From: Carcharhinus amblyrhynchos
Lineage: Eukaryota
NCBI GenBank assembly: GCA_965287045.1
Contig: OZ336889.1
Span: forward strand, 7,812,001-7,876,000
Direction of reading: 5' to 3'
Length of the DNA stretch: 64,000 nucleotides
Part shown: piece by piece, positions 1 to 13,559 of the stretch
Numbering within the stretch: position 1 is the stretch's first letter
Layout: the number at the start of each line of letters is the position of its first letter
Notes under the pieces: generated by a model
Databases searched by the model: none
Seen by the model: only the letters and a program-made list of their open reading frames with translations
Told to the model about the DNA's origin: nothing
Translations under genes and position numbers: made by a program

Positions 1-59
1 TTCATGGAAGTAATTGAGAAACATTATGGTAATACAAGAACCTGAAGTATTAAAGGAAA

Positions 60-405
60 TGTAGACCATTATCTGTATCATGGGAGTCATCTCTTGAGGA
101 AGGCTGAGCGACGTAAAAAAGTATTTGAGGACCAGGATTTTAAACTCAAGAGTAAGGTCATGGCCACAGCAGTAACCCTATACGCTTCAGAGACTTGCAC
201 AACCTACAGCAGGTACCTCAAAAGCACCGGAGAAGTACCAACTGCAGTGCTTTCACAAAATCCTCAAATCTGGTGGAAACAAAGGCAATCTAACTGCAGC
301 ACCCCCTCCCAAGTCAATATGCCCAGCACTGGGGCACTAATCACTCTTAACTGTTGGCTAGGGCATGTTGTTCATATACCTGACGCCAGACTCTGGAAGC
401 AATTG
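60..405 (+). mobile_element. Degenerate RTE-like LINE fragment (RT C-terminal region)
   Basis: Peptides LYASETCTTYSRYLK and WLGHVVHIPDARLWKQLL resemble the RTE ORF motifs YGSETWT..RH and RWAGHV.RM...RLPKQLL; the fragment is frameshifted. Confidence 0.6.
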
Positions 406-1067
406 TTAAGAAATCACAATAAAATGAAAGACAAGGAAATCCAATAACCAGTAATCTGTTCTGGTGGTGTACACTTTTTTAAATGGAAATTGCAGTCAAC
501 ACGTCAGTTCCTTGCTGGGTTGGTGGAACTGATGTGTTGATAAGCCTAGAAACACAAAGCAGAAGTACACCTAGGACAAGCCGGGAATAATGGAGAACAG
601 AATGTTAAGAGTTACAAGTAAAAGGTGTGAAAAGTTGAAGCAGAAGAAGGGGGTGTGAGTTAAACAATTCCATTCTAAAAGGCAAATGTGCAAAATAAAG
701 GTAATTAAGATTGACTTCTGAGAAGGTTAGTTCAGATCAGGGAACATCAGATGGCAAAATAGTACATCAAGGCAAATTCACACTTTGTAATATGGCTGTT
801 TTGAGACCTCGTGCTACAGCAGGAAATCATCAACTCCCAACAAGTTGTGCTTGGAGAAAAGCCTGTTTGAGAAACCCATTGTTCGACCCCAAGTCGGAAG
901 CATTCCCAAACGACATAACTGCCTGGTGTGGTAACTGGATTTTGCCTATAGTTTTAAACCCTGTGGATGTTGTTTGGGTAGGTTTAATTCTGAATTTAGG
1001 AAAGTAAAGAGATTTTGGGTAAATTTAAAGATATTGTATATAACCATTAAAGTAGTTGTGTATATTT

Positions 1068-1731
1068 AAGAACATAAGAAATAGGAGCAGGAGTAGGCCA
1101 TCTAGCCCTTCGAGCCTGCCCCGCCATTCAATAAGATCATGGCTGATCTGTCGCTGCTCAGTTCCACTTTCCCGCCCTCTCCCCATAACCCTTAATCCCC
1201 TCTCTTATCAAAAACCCATCAACCCGCGTCTTAAAAATATTTAGCGAGGCAGCCTCCACCACTTCAACGGGCAGAGAATTCCAGAGATTCACCACCCTTT
1301 GAGTGACGAAGTTCCTCCTCAACTCCGTTCTAAACCGCCCCCCCTTTTATTTTGAGGCTGTGCCCCCTAGTCCTACTGTCTTTTTTGAGCGGGAAGAGTC
1401 TCTCCACCTCTATCCTATCCATCCCATTCATCATCTTATACGTCTCAATGAGATCTCCCCTCATTCTTCTAAACTCTAACGAGTACAAGCCTAGTTTATT
1501 CAGCCTCTCCTCATAGCTCAACCCCCTCAACTCCAGTATCAGCCTAGTAAACCTCCTCTGCACTCCCTCCAAGGCCAAAATATCTTTGCGCAGGTGTGGC
1601 GCCCAAAACTGCACACAGTACTCCAGCTGCGGCCTCACCAATGCCCTATACAGCTGCAGCAAGACCTCCCTACTTTTATATTCAATCCCCCTCGCTATGA
1701 AGGCCAGCATCCCATTCGCCTTCCTGACCAT
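1068..1731 (-). mobile_element. Young CR1 (HER1-like) LINE, 5'-truncated 3' end
   Basis: ORF 1330-1731 has LYRALVRPQLEYCVQFWAP and RGDLIETYK, the CR1 ORF2 C-terminus. The 3' UTR and (GTTCTTAT)n tail read aagaacataagaaatagg on the + strand. Confidence 0.92.
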
Positions 1732-2182
1732 TTCTAGTTGATGTCTGTGTTTTATTGTTTAATGAACATTTATTTTCTTTAAAAACCCCATAAGATCATC
1801 TGGAACATCCTACATTGGTTCTTGCATCTTTTTCACATTATACCAAAATGCAAAATACACCTGAGTAGGCGTTCCATCTTCCCTTCTGGGATTTGGAATA
1901 CCCTAGTGTTTAACATCAACTGTGCTCTTAACACAATTGCCCCACTTGGAACTGAGACACAGCAGGAGACTCAACGAAGAACAACAAAATGCTTTTGGGA
2001 TGCCATCGGGTCAAATATACCTGGTAACTCAGACCGAAATGGCGAAGGTTCAATAAATAAGGCATCAAGGATGTTGAACGACTTCGGGCACATGCAGAGG
2101 CCAATTTGCTACATCCAATAAACTTCCAAACAACTCCTCTTCCCAACCTTTCAAGCATCAGATATATGTTAGAGTCTGCAGA

Positions 2183-2487
2183 TGGCACAGGTTAGCATTG
2201 CTGCCTCACAGCACCAGGGACCTGGGTTCAATTCTGGCCTTGGGTCACTGTCTGTTGGAGTTTACACATTCTCCCCATGTCTGCGTGGGTTTCCTCCGGG
2301 TGCTCCAGATTCCTGCCATGGTCCAAAGATGTGTGGGTTAGGTTGATTGGCCATGCTTAATTGACCCTAGTGTTGGGGAATTAGCAGGATAAATATGTGG
2401 TGCTACGGGAATAAGGCTTGGATGGGATTGTGATCAGTGCCGCTTGATGGCCGAATGGCCTCCTTCTGCACTGTAGGGATTCTATGG
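2183..2487 (+). mobile_element. tRNA-derived V-SINE (HE1-like)
   Basis: tRNA-like head (ggcacaggttagc...gggttcaattct), V-domain (ttctccccatgtctgcgtgggtttcctccgggtgctcc) and a CR1-like tail (gatggccgaatggcctccttctgcactgtagggattctatg). Confidence 0.85.
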
Positions 2488-3480
2488 TTGCGCAGTGGAC
2501 TTTAATAGCCATTTCAGAATCAAACCTTGGTGAAAACAAGTCATGCTTGATCCCATGGGACTGAGACACATCAAGTGATGGGAGTTCTATAGTTTAATAA
2601 TTCTCTCTCTATTTAGACCTCATCTGAAGTACTGGGCATTATATTTTAGACAATATATTGTCCTGAAAGGGGATAAAGCACAAAACAAACCTGGGCTAGA
2701 GTTCTCATTTGTGTTCTCCTGGATACCCGAGGTCATCTGTTTGTAAGGTTCTATGAAAGGAGCCTTGGTAAATTCCTGCAGTGCATCTTGTAGAGGGTAT
2801 TGTCATCGATTGTTGAAGGGAGTAAACATTTAAGGTGGTGGTTGAGATGCCAAACAAGTGGGCTGCTTTGTCTTCCGTGGTGTTAAGCTTCTTGAGTGTT
2901 GTTGGAATTCAGGCCAGTATTCTATCTCAGTTCAAACTTTTGCCTTGTAAATGGTTGGAAGTCTTTTATTGAGTCAGGTGGTGAGTTACTTGCCATAATC
3001 TTCAGAGTTATGGGTTAACTGCAGGAAATTAGTGTAATCAGGTCTTTGTCGACTGGCGTGGACGTGATGGGCTGAATGGCCTCCTGTGCTGTAAACATAT
3101 TTGGTTCCTGATTTGCTCTTGCAAATATTTAAGCTGTTGAGACTAGGTCAATTGGACATGTAAAAACAGTTTGATATTTGTTGGGTTAAGTTCTTCAAGT
3201 GCATGATGCAAAGGCAAGTACATTGAGTTGAGGTAGAAATCAGTCATGATCCAATTGAATGGCAGAACAGGCTTAAGGGACTGATTGACTCTTTGAACCT
3301 CCAGTTTTAAGAGGCAAGTTGAAGACTGGAGATTTCGTACAGCAATGTGATTTCAAACAAGATTTGTCAAGCTTTTTAAACCTTATTTATTGATGGAATG
3401 TATCACACCTAAAGCCTCTTGTGAATGTTTCCCAATATGATAGCGATCTTCCTGAGTTTGTTTTTCTTTTCCGTGTTTAG

Positions 3481-3552
3481 GTAAAAGGAATGTAGATGCT
3501 GACAAAAACTTTGATACCCTGGACTTGCCAAAGCGTATAGAACCAGTAAAAG
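3481..3552 (+). CDS. ARVCF: ARVCF internal coding exon (72 bp), insert region of the ARM domain
   Basis: Acceptor ttttccgtgtttag|, donor |gtaact, phase 1 to phase 1. Translates (G)KRNVDADKNFDTLDLPKRIEPVK(G), matching the ARVCF segment NFDTLDLPKR..AKG. Joins in frame to the exon at 44816. Too short for the ORF track. Confidence 0.9.
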
Positions 3553-4124
3553 GTAACTTGTGTGTATACTGAAATGTCCCACAATGTAGTGCATGCTAGA
3601 AATCCATTTTAATTATAATATCCAACAGTCATTCATTCACTTGTTTCCTGTTCTTTTGTTCCTGTTCCACGCTACGCATAACAGATTTTTAAGCCGTTCT
3701 AAAATGTCTTTTTCCAAAGTGAATGAAACTCTAAGTAAGCAATAGGCTATTTTGTGCATACACTCCACATCTGCCAGCTCTAATCCAAACACAATGAACT
3801 TAATGTGTTCACAAATTACATTAGTAAAATGTGAAGTTAAATTGTTTTCCAGGTATTGAAAAGGCTGAAAATATCAAGTCAGGCAGCATCTGTGGAAAAT
3901 CAGAAGTCATTGACTTTTTTAGGTCTTAAGATCATCCCTGTGGACAGTGAGGTAGATTGGCCGTATTGGATGTGATGGGTGGTGGGGAAGGGGGAGAAAA
4001 ACCACACAGAGTGGAGGATGAGAGATGATTAAATGGCAGAAATGATGCTACCAGGAGAGTGAAGGAGCAGACATCCATCCATTCAATTAGATTGTAGATA
4101 AATAGATCATTCAAGTAGTTCTGA

Positions 4125-4255
4125 GAATCCATACAGTGCAGAAGGAGGCCATTCAGTCCATTTGAGTCTGCACCAACTCTCCGACAGAGCATTTTGCCCA
4201 GACCCGATCCCCATAACAGCACTTTTTGCCCTGCTAATCCCCGTAACCTACACAG
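4125..4255 (-). mobile_element. 3' fragment of HE1-like SINE or CR1 tail
   Basis: Reverse complement of the same tail seen at 2440-2487 (tacagtgcagaaggaggccattc). Confidence 0.65.
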
Positions 4256-4449
4256 AAAATGGCTAAGTTCTGAAGCAATTAGTCAATGACAAGGTCAGAA
4301 GGCTGTAACATGTCAAGTAGAAAGATGTGCTTGAAACTTGTATTCAACTCTACTGGAAATAATGCAAAAGACCACAAACAGAATCTCTTGTGCTTGCCAT
4401 TTCAATTCTCCCACTCTGACATTGTCTTTTTAAACACAAAGGTATAATT

Positions 4450-4900
4450 GAATTAGAAGATTTACTTGACTGATCCCTGGATTGAAGGAGTTAGTTTATG
4501 AGAATAAGTTTGACAGGCAGGGCCTCTCTCCATTGGCTTTCAGAAGAATGAGGGGTGATCTTATGAACGCAGGATCTTAGTGGGACTAGACAGGGTTGCT
4601 GGTGAGAGGATGTTTCTTTGCTCATGGGAAAGAGTAGAACTAGGGGACATGAACGAAGGGTCTCCCATTTAAGATGGCGATGAGAAAAACTGAGTTTTTA
4701 GTTTGGAATTCTCTTGCCCAGAGAACAGTGGAGGCAAAATCATTGTATATTTTTAAGCTGTTAGATTCTTGAATAATGAGAGTCAAACAGGAAAGGCGAG
4801 GTAGACAGGAAAATTTTAAAAACAGATCAGCCATGATTTAATCAAATGGCAGAGCAGGCTCGAGGAGCAAAATGGCTCACTCCTACTTTGCATGTACTGT
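4450..4900 (+). mobile_element. Old CR1 LINE 3' fragment
   Basis: Degenerate match to the young CR1 copies (ttcagaagaatgaggggtgatctt, tggaattctcttgcccagaga, gatcagccatgat). Confidence 0.7.
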
Positions 4901-5899
4901 GCATCTACAACACCCCTCTTGAGGAGAGGGTCTTCAGATGTAAAATGTTGACTGACTGCTTTTTCACTGATGTAGTCCATGCAGCTGATGGGTTCTGGCT
5001 TTTTCTATTTGAGTTGTCAGATTTCCAGCATCTAATGATTTGTTCTTTTTTGCTTAGCTTATGTTCTGGATGACTGAGTGAATGCATACAAGTGTAATGC
5101 TTTGCTAGACAATTCATTTCCACATTTGAGCTCGGTTAGCTGATCCTCATTTGTGTGATAAGAGTACGATAGTAGGGTCCGTGTACCTAGGTTCACCACC
5201 TCCCCTTGGTTTTCTCACACTTTTTCGAACCCTCCTCATCCCAAAGTTCATTTTAAATTCCATGAAAAATCATGGAATGGCTCTTTGAATATTAAAAATC
5301 TTCCTTGACTTATCTTTCTCTGGCTCTCGCTCATCTTCCTAATTTAACTGAAGGGTGTTGAAAAAGACTGTGGGGCCAGCTGTTATTTTCGATTACCTCA
5401 GACTCTCAATGTTGGTGTCCTCTCATTCTTGCATTCAATCTCGCTCATTTGCAAGTGTTCACGAATGCTGTGGCTCATTTGAAATTTTATTAGATCCCAT
5501 GAATACATTTACTGTTGTACGCTTTGTGCAGTAATGTTTGGGACTTAGAACCAAGATTAATTGAAGAAATGATCTGTTTCTACACCTACTGTTAACAAAG
5601 TGTAACAGTTTTGATCTTGTTTGGAAAGAGTGATGGTTTCTGCATGGAATCCTGTAAGGTGATGCCAATCTCAAACAGCAATCCAAAAGTATTTCTTTTA
5701 AATGCACTGTGAAATACAGTAGTTCTGATAAAAATGAAGTTTTGTACATTGTTTAATCTTTGTTATTATGTTCAATTCTTTAAAACCGGCAGTTATGTTA
5801 ATGAAAGTAAGTTTAAATTAAGCCACAAAGCAGCTTTTGAATTTGATAATTGAACTATATGTCCTTTTAATCAGGTCTCCTTAGAATTATCTAATTACA

Positions 5900-7270
5900 G
5901 TTAATGAATTCCAAGCCTCCTGGATGTCGAGGAGCTTAAAAGTAGACAGTAAAGGAGGAAAAGAGAAGCTTGTGACAGATCTTGAGGATTTAATGCTACA
6001 GAAGCCTGGAGGAATATAGAAGGTGTAAAGTGTCATTAGAAAGGAAATTAGAAAAGCAAAGAGAGGGTATGAAAAAATATTGACAAAGAAAATAAAGGAA
6101 AACTTAAGTTGATTTTATAAGTACATAAAGAAGAGGAGGATAATTGAAGAAGGAATAGGACTTAGTGGGGACCATAAGAGATTGGGGGAACAGAGATATA
6201 GGGGTGCAGATAGGCAAGTCTTTAATTGCAAGTGCAAAAGGCCAATTGAATTTTGGATTTTGTATACAAGGGTATCAAATTACCTACTTTGTGATGGGCA
6301 GCTGTGGATATGCAATAAATGTTGGCATAGCCAGCGGTGCCCACATTCTGGAAAATTAATTTTTGAAAAAACAAAGACATAACATAGAATTTATACTTGT
6401 CAGTGTTTGGGTCACAGTTGGATTGTTGCACCCAGTTCTGACATTATTATAAAAGAAACATGGAATGCTGTGATGGACCCAGCTAAGATTCAGTGGAATG
6501 TCAGGAATAAGTGTTTATACTATAAAGACTTGAAAAGCTGAATACTTTATAAAAATGAATAGCAAAGGTTAAGGGGGTAAATATTAGGTGAGTACAAAAT
6601 TATGGCAAATCTTGAGAGTATTTAGTCAACATTTCCACTGGTTGGTATTTATATAACAGGCAAACATAAGCTTAGAAATGGCATGAGTCACAAGGAGGAA
6701 GTTGAACTAAAAGAATTCATACATTGGGTTAGCATGGCACACTTCACCAAAAGTGAAAATAAAGTCGTAGCAATAGCATTATTTTAATTTTTTTTCTGAA
6801 ACATGCAAGCAGCCCTGAGAAGATGTCAGGAAGATGGGAATAGAGATAATTTGAATAGGAACCAATGAACTATATGGAAGTGTATTTTATGCCACCCTGG
6901 GCCATTACATAAGAGTCATTGTTCTGTGCCAAGTTTTTGCCTACTCAATTTCTTTATATCCATCCCCTTTTGTTATTATCACCACTTGGCCTTTATATCT
7001 ATTTTGGGTCATCCACAAACTTGACAGTTGTACATCCATGTCATGAATATATATTGAAAATAATTGTAGACCCAGCACTGATCCCTGTGGCATTGGACTA
7101 GGTACAGGCTGCCATCCTAAAAATGCCCCTCTCATCCCCAAGTCTCTTTTCTACTAATTAGCCAATCCTCTATCCAAGCTAATGTGCTGCCCCTAACTTG
7201 GGAAGATGTTTAATTGAGGTTCTACATATCCCTTTTGTGCAACGTTATTGGAAATGCATCCATATTTTAA
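5900..7270. mobile_element. Highly decayed CR1 fragments (+ strand about 5900-6880, - strand about 6980-7270)
   Basis: The minus-strand peptide PQGSVLGLQLFSIYIHDMD is the CR1 RT motif. The plus-strand segment resembles CR1 ORF2 (cagtgtttgggtcacagttggattgttgcacccagttctg). Confidence 0.55.
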
Positions 7271-10050
7271 AAAGCAAAACAGGATATTCATTGCTTGTAA
7301 GTTGAGAAAAAGAGGTATTAAGATGTCGCATGTTCAGTTTGGAAAAAAAATGTATTTTAAGCATGATCTTGGAAGGAGTTTTAGAAGCTTGGTGAGTAAA
7401 ATGCATTGAACTTGCATATTCTAAATGACAGTAAAGTTGAAATGAGCTCACTGCAATAATTTCCAATTTAGAATGAAACAAGCCTTAACCCTGGGATTAC
7501 ATTAGAATTGATATTCTGCAAGGCTCGGAATATTAGGACATAGCTTTGTATATGTAATTCTAACATTGTAAGTTCCTATCTCAGCCATACTGATGATTTC
7601 TTTTATGTAATGCTAAAGGAGAGTGTAGAGAAGAAACCTGCAAGTTCCCAGGAGATCGATAAAGAATTTCAAAGTTACCATGGTTCTCAGAGACAACAGT
7701 GGTTTGTTCAAGGATAGCATTGGAAATTGGAACAGACTACTTAAATGCAATTGGCATTTAGGACAGTTATGTGCAGTAACAGAGATCAGAGTGCATAAGT
7801 ATGCAAACCTGGTGGTTTTATGATGCCAGTTAATACTGGACAAGTCAGATCTCAAAGTGAAACCTGGCTTGACAGATCCAAACTCTCTCTTTAAGAAACC
7901 ACGGAGGTTTGTTACTGAAGACGTTCACAAGAGTCTGCCTGTTTACTTTTAACACTGTATACAGTATTTATTAAACAAGATAAATTAGCTTATATTAAAC
8001 TAAACGAAGACATTAGAAAGATTTCTGTAGAAACGCCAGAAAAACGATTTGGATTCTTCACTGTTCCTTTTATCCCAGCAATACTCTTACAGACCCACAA
8101 CCCCAGGGAAGATTTACCAGCATCTTCCTTGGGCCAGCTCAGCAGCAAACCTTTTTCTTCTGATAGATTTGAGTGTTCGCTAAATGCTTTTCCCCAGCTG
8201 TTATCTCTCTGAGACAACTAATAAAACCTGCAATCTGAACTCTGTTACCGGCACTTCAGAGCAAACACAAGTTGCCTAAATTAAAGTCCTCAGCAGCCTT
8301 GCAGAATTTCTTACTAAAGGGTTTAGAACTTCTGCCTTCACTCTCTGGTACACATTGACTGAACTGCCCTCTGCCTTTCTCTGTGTCTCCATGGACCCTT
8401 GTCGCTAGGCAACTGCACAGATTTTCTACTTTTCATTTGTTCACTAAATTCACTAAACTACTAATCCCTTTGTCACCCACCTCTTCACTTCAAGCGTTAT
8501 ACAATCTCATTAAAATGCTTATATACTAAAAGGGCCTCAGGCTTCCTGGCACCAAGCCCACCAAAAAAGAAGTTCTAACTGAATCTAGAGTCATGTTCCA
8601 CCTTTCTTAACACACAAATATAAATTAAGCTTATACATTGCTCTTTAGTGGCAGCAAGTTGAGGTTGTTGAAATGATGTATATTATCCTTAAAGATGCAT
8701 CATCTAAAAGCAAGAATCATCAACCCCTACAGTGCAGAAGGAGGCCAATCGGCCCATCAAGTGCACCAGCTCTCCAAAACAGCAATTTACCCAACAACTG
8801 TCATCCCTCAGATCAAACTGGAAAGCTAAAATTACTGTTTCCTTTCATTAATGTAATCTTAACCAGCCTTTTGGCTTTGCAATGGAATCAACAAAATATC
8901 TGTACAGTTTAATAATGTGAGAACAAGCTAGCCTTGAGATTTCAGAACACTGTTGATCCAAGATGCTGTGCCAGAGCATAATAGGATGTGGGTTCACCCT
9001 GGTTCATCTTCACATGGAGTTTTTAATCAGAATAATCAAGAGGTGAGAATTATTTTGTGTAAAATGTAACATCTGGCTCATTCCTGCTATTGGCAGCGTT
9101 GTCCCTGCTCTGCTGTGTTGTCCATGCGAGGAATAAAAAGTGTAACTTGTAGAGCAGGTGATGAAGAGAAAGAGTAGATAATTGAGCATTTTGATTTTGG
9201 ACTGCTGTGCAATGAAATAGAACTCAGGTGAGGTAAACAAAGGACAAATGACTAAATATCTCCTGTGATGTTCTGACAAACTCAGATGTCCTGAATCCAT
9301 TTTGCTTTATTGGGAGATTACACAGTATTTGATTGTCAGTCATCTTGTCTCCTCAATACTTGGAAACAATGTGTGCAATGCTTGAATGTCTTCTTGACAA
9401 CTCGATGTATGAAATATATTCTATTTATGACTCTAATACAAACATGTCTTGCAAAATTAGTCTAAGAGCTATGATGGACCTATATAATGTGTACATCTTT
9501 TGAATTTCTCCTTACAGCTGTCAGGTTATGTACAAGTTACTTTTATTTGCAATTTTGACATAATGGAATATGAATGCTGTGGTGCATCTGAGACCGTTTT
9601 GCATTTATCAGTATGGGAATGTGTACAACGCTTAGATTTAACTCATTGTGTACATTTCTCAAGCATGTGTTGTTTCTTGGTGATATCACCCAGCTCAACC
9701 TCATCACTGCCTCCACTGTGTTTCTGAACTGTCAGACTGCTTGGATGAGCAAATATTTCCTCTGAATAAACTCAGAAAACAAAAACTGTTGTCTTTAGTC
9801 CCTGCCACAAGTCTCATCCTCTAGACACTGACTTCATTACGCTCACTGACAGCTGTCTGAGGCTGAACCAGACTGTTTGCAATCTTGTCATCTTTAATCT
9901 CAGTGAGCTTCTGACGACAGCCATATCATCATCAAAATTCATCTCAGTAACATCCCCTGATTCCACCCCTCATCTGGTGCTTACACCCTCATCTAGATCT
10001 TGATTGCTATAGACTTCACTTTTCCAAAGCAAAGCTCTGAATACTAAATA

Positions 10051-10275
10051 AAAGCAAATTACTGCAGATGCTGGGATCCGAAACTAAAAGAGATAACGCT
10101 GGAAAATCTTAGCAGGTCTGGTAGCATCTGTAAGGAAAGAAAAGATCTGATGTTTCGAGGTCAGAGCCCAGCTGTGGGTCATTTGGGCTCAAATGTCATC
10201 TGAGCTCAATGTCGGCTCTTTTCTCTCTATACAGATGTTGCCAAACCTGCTGAGATTTTCCAGCATTTTCTCTGC
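10051..10275. mobile_element. Short inverted-repeat element (Penelope-terminus-derived or MITE-like)
   Basis: Arms at about 10098-10160 (gctggaaaatcttagcaggtctggtagcatctgta...) and 10203-10264 (...tacagatgttgccaaacctgctgagattttccagc) are reverse complements. Single-arm copies occur near 4920-5050, 16805-16925, 23155-23275 and 55190-55290. Confidence 0.7.
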
Positions 10276-13200
10276 CTCCTGAATTCTACTGTTTTGTGGC
10301 GAGAATATTTTGTGTGACCATTGAAGAAGAGAGTCGACTCAGATTTCACTTAAACAACCTCTCTGTTTTATTAAGAGTTAAGCGCCAATAATCAACATAG
10401 ATTTACATTCATGATAACATTAACTAATTCATTTAACGTGAACCTTAATTTTAACTCATTTAACTTTAAGTTTTTGATTAAAAACAGCTATTAACCATTT
10501 GAGTGAATTGGCCAGGTCTGCTCTTCAGTACTAACCTTCCTTTTGTTCTTTGTCCTTCTCTGAGGCTGCCTTCAGGGCGTAGATTGCGAATGTGATTCTC
10601 GAGTTCCTGCTGAGAAAAAAAGACTCAAAAGCACATCTTTTATTCTAAACATTGTGCATTCTTCCAGAAAATTCCCTGTCACTTAGCCTGATACCGGAAA
10701 CTGATCACAGTGTTTGATTGTAGCCAATGGATTTGCTTGTAATCAACGTCCAAATGCATATACCGAGTTGTTAGTCACGTTGTTTCACCATATATGGAAT
10801 AAGGTGGGAATAATTAGCGCTGGGATGTTTGGCAGTCATCCAAATAACTACCCTTATTTAGTCAACACAGGAAGTGCCAGATCACATTTCCCAGGACAGG
10901 TCACAAGCCTTCTATGACTTGCATCTGTGTTCAACACAACTTGACCAAAATTCCCAGCATACTTGATTGTAGCCCTTAACCATTCTCATTGATGCTGTCA
11001 CTGTTGATATTGGCCAACCGGTCACACTACCCTCTAAACTTGTGGTCATCCAGAACTCTGCTCATTTGCTTCCAGTTAAGTTACGTGACTTTAAAATCTC
11101 ATCCTTGCTTTCAAACCTCCACATGGCCTTGGATCCTCTCTCTCTCTCTGGAATCTCCTACAATTCTCAGATACCTGCGTTTCTTCAATTCTGGCCACTT
11201 GAACATTTGTGCTTGAAATTGCACTACTATTGGTGATCATATCTCCAGCTGCCAAGATTCTAAACCTCTGGAATAGCTTCCTAAAAACTTTGTGATGATA
11301 GTAGTGCAACTGATACAGATATGTTATAATTTTTTATCTTTAAGGGGAGTGTATAAAAAGTCAGCTTTATTCCACAGGCATTTGGTATGTCTGAGAGGAA
11401 TATAGCTCCAATTTTGGGAGAGCAGGAAAATTATTTATTTTAGCCTTGCAAATGTTTATTTTATGTGGAGCTAATGTACTTTTATTTACTTACTTTTCTC
11501 TAAGATTTCTGATTAGGACCAAGACCCCAAAGGTTTATTAAGCCAAAGGAGAACCCAAGTTTTCTTATTTTGTCATAAATGTGAGGAAAGTATACTTCCT
11601 TTCAGGAATTATTTGATTGACCAAGTAGGGTTTTTTAGTCATGAAAAAAAACTTTATTTAATAACACAGTTTATATGTAGCTCTAACAAATGAAGCAACT
11701 TGACCATTAACAGTTGAACAATATTAAAACATGAAAAGGAAACAACTTTAATTTCTAAATTATCACTGTTTTTTTTCCAAATAAGCAACATTATTCTTAG
11801 AGACTTAAATGCTACTTTAATTACAGTTTGCAACCATAAGCATACTTGCTATAAGTCTTCAAGCTTTCAGAGAGAGATAGCGTTCCAGGACCTTGTTGCA
11901 GAATGCTAAAACATCCCCAGTAATTCCCTCTTTCGCAAGCTTTACGTTAACCTCCCCCCAGCCACCCTGCTCCACCACCACACAAGTATTAGGACATGTA
12001 GTGGGGAGCAGGAAAAATAAGGCCATATAGCTTCCGGGATCTCCAGCATCACATTTTGCGGGTACTCCAATGTTGCACAGGGAAATCTATGCAGGAAATT
12101 TTCATGCAAGAATTTACCCAATAATTGCCCGCAAGTGCTGACTTCCTCTGGACAGTGCCACTGGGCTGCGAACCATCGGACAGAAGTGATTTAAATTGCC
12201 AACTAGCCCCTCCCCAAAATTTCTTGCTCAATCGTCCCTTTAAATATCCTCGCTACAGCAGCTGCTGTAAAAAGGTGTTGTCCACCTCAGTTACTATGCG
12301 CTGCACCCAACCCCAGTCTGGAACATTGGGCGACACAGGAGCTGTGTAATTACAGTTGTCTGGCAAAAGTGATATTTCGACGGAGATTGCCACTCTATGG
12401 AAGATATGGACTAAGTTCTTGCCAGCAAGAGTCTAGCTTCCAGACTCCTGCAGGATTTTGGGCCAGAATTATCTCTTATGCTGACTGCTAACACAGGCTC
12501 AAAATCACCCCAATTGATTAGGAACAATTCAACTTATAGTCACAAGATGGCTCAATTCAACTAAAATGTGATGTACATTAGCAAATGACATGGATTTTAT
12601 AGAGGGGTATAAGAATTCTTTACCTCTTTAGGCTTAATGATGGAATCAAGAAATTCCAAATTACCTTAAGATTTTAGATCTTTCCTATTACATTTCTCAA
12701 TCTATGGACTAACCTTTTCAGTTCTTAAAATGTTATTTTCACTTGTAAAATAAATGTTTCCTATTGCACCTTAGTTTAAGAACTTAATTTATTATTAATC
12801 TGTGGGAAAATTTAATATTGGAATGAAAATGCTAAATCTTACCAGAAAGTGCTGTTGGATTTATCTTTGAGAAGTCTTCCACTTTAAAACCTGTGCATAT
12901 ATAGAGTAATTTAATATTATTTTAAGAAAATAATGTAATCCAGAGAGGCATGCATATAATTATATTATTTTGATTATAGAATATAGTAATTCATTTGGCA
13001 AGGCCTGAATCCTGCAATTTGACGCTCAAATGATTATGCAAACAGACTTGGATTTGATTTGCTTTGGAAGCTCATTGACAGCCCTTTTTATCATTATAAT
13101 TAGTCAATAAATTGAGTGCTGTTTTTATTTCTGATGTTAAATGACTGGCAAACCAAAGTAAAGACAGAAAGAAAAACGCACAGATAATCATGCTAGCCCC

Positions 13201-13559
13201 AGAGATCTATTCTGTTGAGTGACCTGTCAGTACTTTTAACAGCATGTTGAGGTATGTACTTTAGAAGAGAGAAAGAATACTTCATCGGAGATTAAACAAC
13301 ACAGTCCTACTAAAGTGCTGAACTTTCTTGCCTTTGGAAGTTACAGTGGGGTGGGGGGGATGGCATTGGTGGTGGATTGAATATGCACATTCAATTTGTG
13401 TTGTCATTACGCTACTTTAGCGAAGCATGTTATCTATTTATTTTAAGTTAGCTAAGGGTTTCAGACAGATATATTATGAATTTGAATGCTCATATTCCAG
13501 TGTAATTTGAGGTCATGAGTGTTGTATATTTGAAAAATGACTCAGGAACACAAACTAAA

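Noticed and set aside
1-3480. Upstream 18-nt ARVCF microexon (exon C equivalent)
   Set aside because: No AG-flanked segment encoding an EWF-like peptide was found. It probably lies upstream of the window, or I missed it.
7570-8640. Solo LTR
   Set aside because: The composition is LTR-like, but I could not find matching TG..CA ends with a TSD.
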